Part shown: positions 25,006 through 34,860 of the stretch, piece after piece
Position numbering within the stretch: position 1 is the stretch's first letter
How the letters are laid out: each line of letters opens with the position of its first letter
Assembly: GCF_016432865.1 (NCBI RefSeq)
Contig: NC_067398.1
Location: forward strand, 16,988,001-17,052,000
Direction: 5' to 3'
DNA: 64,000 bases
Origin: Antechinus flavipes
Taxonomy: Eukaryota
Translations under genes and position numbers: made by a program
Notes under the pieces: generated by a model
The model's database searches: none
Seen by the model: the letters and a program-made list of their open reading frames with translations, nothing else
Told to the model about the DNA's origin: nothing

Positions 25006-26777
25006 AGAATTGCCCTGTGAGGCATGAAGACCTGAATTCAAATCCTTCCTCCTATACTTAATATCTGTGTGACCTGGGCACTGACTGCTTAACTTTTCTC
25101 ACCTTCAGCTTCTTCATCTGTTAAATGGGGGCATTCATAGCCTCTTCTCCTGGGGTTGTTCTGAGGATCAAATGAAATAATATTTGTAAAGTGCTTTGGA
25201 AACCATAAAGTCCGATAGACATCCTGGCTCTAACTCCTAGCCCTTGTCTGCATTTCTAGAAGAGACCATCAAACGCACAGTTTCCTGGGCAGCGATACAT
25301 TGTCATGGCAGTCCTTCACCTTTCACAAAACATGAGTAAAGCCATTAGCTCCCACAGCTTGGGACTGATTCACGGTTTCCATGGGGGAAGTGACCTTTTG
25401 ATTTGTAGGCAGGTAGAAGCTGTTGATGGGATTTGGACTCCCTTCCACCTGCTTCCCCTGCTGCGAAGGTTGCCATAGAGTAAAGAAAATAAACGCTTTT
25501 CATTGCCCTTTCCTGAGTTCCAAAAAAATTCCCAAATCCAAGTTTGGAAAAACTAACAGCATCGCTCCTTTTTTCACTCTTTAGGATAAAACCCTCCCCT
25601 GCAGTCCTCCGCTGAGGTTGGTAGTCAATCATCAAGCATTTATTAAGGGCCTACTATGTGCCAGGAGAAAGGCAGAAGGAGCTCATGGACTATTGGGGGG
25701 AGCACAAAGAGTGCTTAAGGTCCAAACCTTCCTGCATGATCTTGGGTTGCTCACTTCACTTTGCTGGGCCACAGTCTCCCCGTCTACAAAATGGACAGAA
25801 GAGGCTTTATCTCTCTCAGCTATAATATTATGGCCTTTGTCTATTGGCTCCCCGGGCCTGGATTTCCTCATCTGTAAAATAAGAGGGTGATCTCTGAGCT
25901 CCGTCCCGGCGTTAGAGCTGGGAGCCCATAATATGTAGGGAGGGACCTTGAGTTCTGGGACACGCTTCCCTAGGTCCTTTGCTCCTGAAAAGGCTTCCAG
26001 GCCATGACTAAAGGATGGACTGACTGGGTGTCTGCTGCCCCAGACCTGGCCGAGGGCGGAGAGTGACACTTCCGGAGCTTGGGCCAAAGCTAATGGATTA
26101 TGTCCGAGGGCGGCAGCTGTTCCAGCGAGGTCCCCAGCCGGCCGAGGTGTTCTGTGGCTGTGGAATCACACGGGAGAGGAGGGCCGGAGCCCTGACCGGC
26201 CACCACGCGGCTTGAGCACCCCAAACGTGGTTCTATTTCTGGGAATGAGCTGGGGTTTTACCCATCTGTCCATGGCGGGCAGGCAATTTCCCTCACAAAA
26301 ACCCTGCGGCTGAGGCTTCCTTCTCTAAACAGCCCTAATCTCACCGAGCTAAACGAGGAATGGCCCCGGACGGGCAATGCCAGCTAAGTCCAGACAGAGG
26401 AAGTGAGAGTGGGGGGGGGGGAGAAGGGGGGGCCCAGAGGACGTATTTCTGGGCAGCCTGTTTTCCATTAAAAACCAGCAGGTCTTTTGAGGAGAACTTG
26501 GACACAGCCCGAGCCTCCGGCCTCCACCTGAGCCTTTCTCTAGCCCCGGAAATCTGGGAACGCTTCCCTGCTGCAGCCCCTGCAAAGGACCCCGAACTTA
26601 TCTTGGACGTGCTCTGATGTTCTCTCGGTTAGAATGTGAGCTCTTTCGGAGCAGGGACTGTTTTGTTTCTTGTCTTAATGCTTCCATAGCCCTGGTCAGT
26701 GCTGGGCACATAGTAGGTACTTTTATATGTTTGTGAGTGGATTATATATGTATATGTAAACACACACACACACATAT

Positions 26778-26906
26778 ATTATAGTTGTTGGGTTTGTTCA
26801 TACAAATAGGATTTATATATACACACACAAACATACGCAGACACACACATGCATGCACACACACACACGTGTTACAATTGTTGGGTTGGTCCCCACGGCT
26901 AGGATT

Positions 26907-26958
<52 letters not shown>

Positions 26959-26996
26959 TACACGTTACAGTTGTTGGGTTGGTCCCCACAGATAGG

Positions 26997-27047
<51 letters not shown>

Positions 27048-27077
27048 ACAGTTGTTGGGTTGGTCCCCACAGCTAGG

Positions 27078-27123
<46 letters not shown>

Positions 27124-27156
27124 GTTACAATTGTTGGGTTGGTCCCCACAGCTAGG

Positions 27157-27192
<36 letters not shown>

Positions 27193-27229
27193 ATTACAGT
27201 TGTTGGGTCGGTTCCCACAGACCGGGTTT
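26778..27229. repeat. Compound minisatellite: six copies of a 37-bp unit separated by (CA)n
   Basis: Unit GTTACAGTTGTTGGGTTGGTCCCCACAGCTAGGATTT at 26778, 26871, 26964, 27045, 27124 and 27193; spacers of 56, 56, 44, 42 and 32 nt are mostly CA. Confidence 0.95.
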
Positions 27230-28284
27230 GGACCTTCCCGGCTCCGAGCAGGAGGAAGGCTGGTGCTGTAACCTGGAACACGGGGTCATTCCTCAAAGAT
27301 CAGAAGGGTCTGAATTCATGAAAGCTTTTAGGCCTTTAGCCCCTCCTCCCCGGGATGTCCCAGGCTTGGGGACGGAAAGAGCCCCAAACACCATCTAATA
27401 CACTTTGTCGCTTGCAAATGAGAAGAATGTGGCAGAGTCAGGGGATCTCCCAGCGGGGACGTCTGAGGCTGGATTTGAACCCAGGACTTTCTGACTGCAT
27501 CCACTGCCCCACCCCGCTGCCCCTGGCATCTGGTAAAGCCTTAATAAAAGCTTATTTTGACCTCCTCTTCAAGGAATGTGAAGGGAAGTCACAGAAAGGA
27601 GTCTCTCAGAAAACCTTTTCCTTATCTTGATTTCCACGCCCTGCCTGGGAAGAAATCGGCTGATCTGGGGGTTCCCAGCTTTCCGAGGGGCGTTTGTGGG
27701 CCTGGCCCTGCCTGGGACCGGCAGCCGGACCGCCGCCAGGGGACACGATTGGATGGCACATCATGTGTGGGTCCGCAGCTGCCCTGCTTATGTCCCAGAG
27801 TGGCCGGCGCTCCCCGGGCCGCCCGGTGCAGCCTCCAGGCCTTCCTGCTTTTGTGGGAGCTTTTCCTTCCTTGAGCCTCTCGCTGAATTGGGAACAGGAA
27901 CAATTGAAAAGTCCAGCTTGCTCCCAGCAGCCCCCTCCCCCAAGCTCTCGCCTCTTGGACCTTTGTCCCTCCCGTGGGCAGCCCTGGAGAAGCTCGGGTG
28001 GGGCTTGAGTTTAAGGTCTCTCTTCTCCCAGCAGGGGGTTGGGGGAGGCGGGAACCCCACTTTTGGAGCTGGCCACTTTCTCTCTAAGGACTTTGGGAGT
28101 CCGAGGTCCTGGAAGTTCAGTGGTGACCAGAACTGACTTGGGGATCCAGGGGAGCAAGGAGACCTGTGTTCCGATGCTGCCTTTGGAGCTGTCCAAGGTG
28201 GGGCCTGGGCAGGTTAGTTCTCCCTTCGCCACCTGCCCAGAGATCTAATGCTGCCCCTCATAGGGTTATCATAAAGAATCATCA

Positions 28285-28793
28285 TCACAGCTTTTCCACT
28301 CTTTTTGTTGTTGTTTGTAATTTATTTTCTTACTCATTCTCTCTCTCTCTCTCTTTCTTGGCAATTGGGGTTAAGTGACTTGCCCAGGGTCACACAGCCA
28401 GGAAATATTAAGTGTCTGAGTTCAGATTTGAACTCAGGTCCTCTGACTTCAGGGCCGGTGCTTCCTCCACTGCACCACCGAGCTGCCCTCCTTTTTTCCC
28501 TTTTTGATCTGATTCTTCTTATGTAGCAGGATAATCATATAAATATGTTCATGCATATTAGATTTAACATATATTTTAATATGTATAACATTGCAATCCA
28601 ATGTGGGGGAAGGAGGGGAAAATATGAAGCCCAAGGCTTTGCAAGGGTCAACGTTGTCAATATATCCATGCATATGTTTTGAAAATAAAAAGCTTTGTAA
28701 AAAAAGAAAGAAAGAAAGAAAGGTAAAAAAAAGAAAAAGAAAAATTATCCTTGCATATGTTTTAAAAATAGAAAGCTTTAATTTAAAAAAAAA
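28285..28793 (+). mobile_element. L1 3'UTR interrupted by an antisense WSINE1 and followed by a second L1 terminus
   Basis: L1 3'UTR text resumes after the SINE (ccttttttccctttttgatctg). There are two successive termini, both ...catatgtttt(g/a)aaaata(a/g)aaagcttt...An. Confidence 0.75.
28355..28489 (-). mobile_element. WSINE1-type SINE nested in L1
   Basis: Reverse complement of the WSINE1 consensus (ggcaattggggttaagtgacttgcccagggtcacacagc...ccactgcaccaccgagctgccc). Confidence 0.9.
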
Positions 28794-28861
28794 TCATTGG
28801 ACATACATCTTTTCCCCCTGCCCCCACAAATTTGACACCTTGATAAACCAATCCACTCAGA

Positions 28862-29218
28862 TTTTTTTTTTCTCCTTTATTTTTATTATAACTTTTTATT
28901 GACAGAACCCATGCCAGGGTAATTTTTTACAACATTATCCCTTGCACTTGTTTCTGTTCCGACTTTTCCCCTCCCTCCCTCCATCCCCTTCCCCCAGATG
29001 GCAAGCAGTCCTTTACATGTTGAATAGGTTGCAGTATATCCTGGGTACAATATAGGTGTGCAGAACCGAACAGTTCTCTTGTTGCACAGGGAGAATTGGA
29101 TTCAGAAGGTAGAAATAACCCGGGAAGAAAAACATAAATGCAAGCAGTTTATATTCATTTCCCAGTGTTCCTTCTTTGGGTGTAGCTGCTTCTGTCCATC
29201 CTTGATCAATTGAAGCTG
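28862..29218 (-). mobile_element. 5'-truncated young-family L1 with TSD
   Basis: Near-identical to the 3'UTR of the 39-40 kb L1. TSD ccactcaga(t/c)ttt at 28853-28865 and 29219-29231. Confidence 0.88.
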
Positions 29219-29297
29219 CCACTCAGACTTTCTAAAGCACCAATACTTTTATCAGAATCTGTGATAAAAATCAAAATGGAAGGATCTGAGAAGAGGA

Positions 29298-29523
29298 CGG
29301 AGCATCTGGGTAGCGCCATAGGAGACAGAATTCCGGCCTAGAGTCAGAAAAACTCATCGCTGGGAGCTCAGGTCTAGGCTCAGACACTAGCTGGGTGACT
29401 CTGGGCCAGTCACTTCCCGGGTCTGCCTCGTTTTCCAACCACTTCAGTGTCTTGGCCAAGAAAACCCCCAGTGGGGTCATGAAGGGTGGGACAGGACTGA
29501 AAAATGGCTCGTGAAAAACAACA
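29298..29523 (+). mobile_element. MAR1-type CORE-SINE (RTE/Bov-B-like tail)
   Basis: CORE followed by cagtgtcttggccaagaaaacccccagtggggtcatgaagggtgggacaggactgaa. Confidence 0.75.
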
Positions 29524-29962
29524 TGCACAGTGTCTGCGGGAGATGAGGGTAATCTAAGAACCGAGGGGCTTGGGGAAGAGGGAAAGGCCTCCTGTAAGGG
29601 GGCGGGGCAAGGAGACAGAGATACAGGCCTAGAGGAGCAGCAGGAAGGCCGTTTGTAAGCTGTGAGACCGAGGAAGGTCAAGCGGACGAGACCTTTCCAG
29701 TCCCCTTTGCCCCCTCAGACCTCACTGATAAACCTTCCAGGGAGTGTCCCAGGGAGCCTGAGTCAGCTGCTGCTCCCAGGGGAGCCGACTGCAAGCCAGC
29801 CTGCCCTTCATGGCATTTCTTAGCCCGCCAGAGCCCTCAGAACGGACGTTCCCAGGGAGGGAGATGTTGGGGTGAAGGACACGGAAGGGAGCAGATCACA
29901 GGGGAGCTGAGCCACGGAGAACTGAAGGGACGGGCCAGGATCCTGGGGCTTGTGGGCATCTG

Positions 29963-30450
29963 TGGCAGGGTCAGGGCTAAGGGCATCCCATGCCTCCAGG
30001 GTCAGGACTAGGGATGTCCAGCATCTCCAGGGTCAGGGCCAGGGGCTTCCAGCACCTCCAGGGTCAGGACTAGGGATGTCCAGCATCTCCAGGGTCAGGG
30101 CCAGGGGCGGCCGGTGCCTCCAGGGTCAGGTCCAGGGGCGGCCGGTGCCTCCAGGGTCAGGTCCAGGGGCTTCCAGCACCTCCAGGGTCAGGGCCAGGGG
30201 CGTCCTGCACCTCCAGGGTCAGGGCCAGGGGAGTCCCGCACCTCCAGGGTCAGGGCCAGGGCCGTCCTGCACCTCCAGGGTCAGGGCCAGGGGAGTCCCG
30301 CACCTCCAGGGTCAGGGCCAGGGGCATTCCATGCCGCCAGGGTCAGGGCCAGGGGCTTCCAGCACCGCCAGGGTCAGGGCCAGGGGCTTCTAGCACTGCC
30401 AGGATCAGGACTAGGGGCATTCCATGCTTCCAGGGTCAGGGCCAGGGGCC
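29963..30450. repeat. GC-rich 31-bp VNTR, about 16 copies
   Basis: Consensus CTCCAGGGTCAGGGCCAGGGGC(N)5GCAC-like; CTCCAGGGTCAGG starts at 29994, 30025, 30056, 30087, 30118 and onward at 31-bp spacing. Confidence 0.95.
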
Positions 30451-31314
30451 TCGGGCCTGTGGAGCCCCTTAGGCTGTGGGCCTGTGGAGCCCCTTTGAGG
30501 GGGGCCACACCCTCCGGTGCCTCAGTGACCTGGCGTGGCGCCCGGCCAGGGGATCGGAGCTGTTGGGCAGCTGCCCAGGCTTCCCCGGCTGAGTCAGATG
30601 CCCTCCTCTCCTCCCAATCTCGCCCTGACGGAGCGGGGAGATAAAGAGTCCATTCCGGAAACGAGGGATGGGTAGCTTCGTGGGCCAGGAAATGACTTGT
30701 TGGTTTTTCTGTGGTTAAAGGTTTGGGGCGAGGCTTGAGTCACCCCAGGGAGGAGGTCCGCGGCCGCGGCCAAACCCTCAGTCAACAGAGGCCGAGCCGT
30801 CCAGCTGCCCCACCCGTCTCAGCTACCGAGCCAGGGGTCAAGGAGAGGCCGGAGGTCCGAGGCACCCGCCCTTGACCCCGCTGACCCCTCCACGACCGAG
30901 TTCTCCTTCCCTTTGCATCCTCTCTTCACTTTCTCTCCACCCATTCCCTTCTCCATGGCTTGCAATCTCTTCTGACTCAGCTGAAACTTTCCTCCCTCCA
31001 TCCTCGGCCGCCATATCCGGTGCCCTTTTCTTTGCCCTCATGACCTTCCCTCTCTGGCCTTTGACACGAGGCTCTTCCCAGCCTCTCTCTCATCAGTGGG
31101 ATCTCCCATAGGGGGGCTCACCTCCATAAGCCCAGGGCTTCCCCAAAGCTCCTCCCCGAGCCCTGGACTTGTAGTCCCCAGACCTGGGTTTGAGTCCTGC
31201 CTCCTGACCAAGGGCAGGTCACTTAATCTCCAGTAATCCCATCATTAAAATAAATAATCAGCTAATTAGCGAGCTTTCTTCAAGTGCCTTTGGTCTAACA
31301 AAGATGCACAGAGG

Positions 31315-31490
31315 AGGGCAGCCAGGTCTCAGGTGGATGGAGCCCTGGGGCTCATGGCCAAGTCACTTAGCGCCACTTGCCTCGGTTTCCCCATCTGTAA
31401 AAGGAGCTGGAGGAGGAAATGGCCAACCAGGCCAGTATTTGTGCCAAGAAATGCCCATGGGATCAAGGAGGGTCAGAACAATAAACTGCT
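31315..31490 (+). mobile_element. MAR1-type SINE
   Basis: CORE plus aggaggaaatggccaaccaggccagtatttgtgccaagaaatgccc tail. Confidence 0.7.
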
Positions 31491-31789
31491 TTGGCTAGAT
31501 ATCATCTCAGTACACATGACTGCGTGTCAGCAGCCAATTTCCAAGCATTTAGGTGATGAATCGGTCAGTTTATGAGCATTTCTGAAGGGCTTACTATGCA
31601 CCAGGCACTGGGCTGAACCAAGGCTTCAAAGAAAGGCAAAAACAAATAAACTTAGAGAAGAAAAGGAAAAAAAGGAAAAAAAAAGAATAAATGGAGGCAC
31701 GTGCACATACAAAAGTAAAAACATCACTCGCCCTCAGGAAGCTTACATTCTAATATTCTAGTGGGCGATACAACCTGCCCATCGCCAGG

Positions 31790-31932
31790 CACATACATAT
31801 GTGTATATATATATACACAAATAGATACAAGATGTCATATATACAACATATATATTAAATATGTATTGTATATATAGAAATTATATCTATACAAACATGC
31901 ACATATATACAAACTATATATATATATATATT
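31790..31932. repeat. (TA)/(CA)-rich low-complexity tract
   Basis: Read directly. Confidence 0.8.
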
Positions 31933-32779
31933 CCTGTGTAGTTATGGTAAAGGGTTATTTTTGCGGGGAAGGCTCTAATAGGAATGGAACCTCCTATAGA
32001 AAGTGGTCATTGAATGGAGTCTTTTTTTTTTTTTTTTTTGAGACTGGGCCTTTTGAATGAGATTTTTTATTCCATTAACATTAAGAATCCATCCCCTGAC
32101 CTATTTGGAATGAGTTATCTTTGACAAACATTTTGATAATTCCCAATGGCGGTGATAATACGGCTCAAACACATTTATACAAATGCATGTTGTAATTTGA
32201 TCAAAAATGGATAAAAATAGCTGAAAAAATGGAAAAGTTCTAACGATTGAATTGAGTCTTAAAAGAATTTAGGGAAGCCAAAAGAGTAAGGAGAAAGGGC
32301 ATTCCAGCCACAGTGACGGCGGGTGCAAAAGCCGGGAGGTGGGAGATTAAGAGGGAGAAAGAGCAGACAGGCTCCGGGGCTGGCTGCAGGGAGACAGAGA
32401 TGGAGTCCAGACCTCTGATCTCAGTTGAGTGGGGAAATTTGCCGAGTGCAGATTTCCTCCAAAAGTCTGGATTTGCAAAATGATCCAGAAGAAAAGGAAG
32501 AGGAATTCCAAGAAGGGCCGCAGTTGGGGCGGCTGGGCCGATGGATGTAGGGATAAAGCCCCGGCTCTGGAGTCATGAGCATCTGAGGTCAAACCGGATC
32601 TCAGAGACTTGCAGCAAGCCGTGTGACCGTAGGGAAACGTTTAGCTTATTACTGATGACTCTACCGATAACCACAATAAATGATGAAGAGTAAATCTCAT
32701 TATCAATAAGGAGTAAACAGAAATGGGAGACATTATACAGATGAAGACACGGAGGGATACGTTGGAGTGAATGAGCTCT

Positions 32780-32860
32780 TCCCCAGGAGCTGGATAAAAG
32801 CGCTTCAGCTCAAGCAAGGAGATGATTATCTCTCTGGGGGATTTCAACTTCTCTTAGCTA
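32780..32860 (+). mobile_element. Possible fossil non-LTR retrotransposon APE endonuclease segment
   Basis: Translates ...SSKEMIISLGDFNFS* (GDFN at 32837-32848), preceded by gagctggataaaagcgcttcagctcaag, reminiscent of RTE/CR1 endonuclease; the segment is short. Confidence 0.3.
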
Positions 32861-33534
32861 CGTAAGAAGTCAAGGAGCATGTTGGGGGATTGATTTCTCC
32901 TGCATTTCAGAGGAAAGTTTGAATGTTGCCTCCCTCGGCCACCTTTCCCAAAGTTCTCTGGTCTCCCTTCTCCGCTCAAGGATAGAGCATTAAAGGCTCC
33001 TTTTCAACTCTGGATTTCTTCAATGCTGAGACTAGACACACATTTATATTTTGGGGTTTTTTCTCCTCAAAAGAAATTCAGAAGATGTGGACAAGGAACA
33101 TCCAACACTATCCCCCAAACAATGGACTACAGCTTAAATGACAAGAAATGAGCAGATATTTGAGAGTCATTTGGAAATCAGCTGTCTTCCCAGTCAGACT
33201 GTGCGAATCAACCCCAAACTAGAGGAGAAATAACTTTAGAAAAGGTGCTTCAGTCCCTTAGGGTCACACCTCGGACCCTCGGGGAGAGAGAGCCTTTCTT
33301 TGGGAGGGACCTGCCCTGCCCATGGAGTTCAGTTGGGAAATTAAGTCCCAGAGTGTATGTTTAGATACATACATGACATACACACATATACCATCGGTAT
33401 GACATTTTAACAACCAAAATCCAGTTATAGGACATGTACATATATGTCTATATGTGTGTGTTACATGACTGAATTTTGTTTGTTAAAATATAACAAACAC
33501 TGTTTCTTTTTTTTGTAGCAGCGTTTAAAATTTA

Positions 33535-33960
33535 TTTTAATTTATTTAAAGCTTTTTATTTTCAAAACATATGCACAGATAATTTTTCTGCATTGACCCT
33601 TGCACAGGCTTGGGTTTCAGATTTTCTCCTCTTTCCCCCATTCTCTCCCCTAGATGGTGGGTAGTTCAATACATGTTAAATATGTTAAAGTAGATGTTAA
33701 ATCCAATATGGATAAACATATTTCTTGTTGCACAAGAAAAATCAGATCAAAAAGGAAAGTAAATGAGTAAGAAAACAAAATGCAAGCGAACAATAACAAA
33801 AAGAGAAAATACTATGTTGTGAACCACACTCTGTTCCCATGGGTATGGAGGGGCTCTCGTCATCACTGAACAATTGGAGCTAGTTTGATTCATCTCATTG
33901 TTGGAAAGAGCCCCGTCCATCAGAATGGATCATCGCATAATATTGATGCTGCTGGTGACA
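33535..33960 (-). mobile_element. Older L1 3' end
   Basis: aagctttttattttcaaaacatatgcacagataatt...cctagatggtggg...caagaaaaatcagatcaaaaagg, homologous to the other L1 3'UTR copies here. Confidence 0.85.
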
Positions 33961-34650
33961 CAGTTTCCTTGTGGTTTTCCTTCAGAATAACCAGTTAATT
34001 TGGTTAATATGTCAGGATTACTGATAAACTGGTTTATGCTGTTTCCATAAATGGAGAGAATTCATCCAGTTTGGGTTTTTATAATCTCTTAGCTCCAGAG
34101 CCAGCAGGGACCTTAGAGGCCTTCTAGTTCAACCTCCCCTCTTCCCCCCAATTTTGTAGATGAGAAATCAAGGCCCGGAAGGTTAAGGGACTTGTCCAAG
34201 ACCACAGGGCTCGAGGTAATAATCCCCAGCAGTCTTTGTTACTGGTAAGCAAAGTAGTCCACTTTTGTATTTCTACTGGGCAGATCTTAGCTTCCAAGTA
34301 TTGTTCTTGGTCACCTTTTGCCCTCTGTAGTTGTCTTAGACTGAGGGTCAAAAAGTGACGGAGTCTGGACATGCTCTATTTTTTAGATAAGATTTCGTAA
34401 AGACTTTTGCATAGTTTCAGTATCTCTCTGTTTCCACAGGTGACATTTGAATAAAAAATTAAAATCTTCCCAAGTGGATCTGAACCTGGTTTCTTTCATT
34501 TGTATTATACTGCTTGGCTTTGGGGCTGGCTTTACCAAAAGCAAAGCAGGGGATTGGAATCACATTATGACCTCGAGGAAAAAGACCATATTTTCCAATT
34601 AAATTCGCCCTCACTTCTTTGATCCCTGAAATTTTATTGCTGTTCGGAAA

Positions 34651-34860
34651 TTTTTCAGTCGGGTCCGACTCTCCCGGACCCTTGTGGGGTTTTCTTGAGC
34701 AAAGATCCTGGCGTGGTTTGATATTTCCTTCTCCGGCTCATTTCACAGATAAGCCGAGTGAGGCAGACAGAGTTAAGTGACTTGCCCAGGCTCACCCAGC
34801 CAGGAGGCCTCTGAGAGCAAAACTGACGGAGGGAAGACGGCTCTTCCTGACTCATCCATC
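34651..34860 (-). mobile_element. MAR1-type SINE
   Basis: ttcagtcgggtccgactctcccggacccttgtggggttttcttgagcaaagatcctggcgtggtttg...gttaagtgacttgcccagg (antisense Bov-B-like tail plus CORE). Confidence 0.75.

Noticed and set aside
26778-27229. CRISPR-like repeat/spacer layout and His-Thr / Val-Cys ORFs
   Set aside because: Spacers are CA microsatellites rather than unique sequence, there are no cas genes, and the host is a mammal. The ORFs are translations of (CA)n.
29950-30644. 147-aa and 176-aa repetitive ORFs (QGQGQG / PPGSGPG)
   Set aside because: A 31-nt unit cycles through all three frames, the start is GTG or weak, and there are no splice signals; a by-product of the VNTR.
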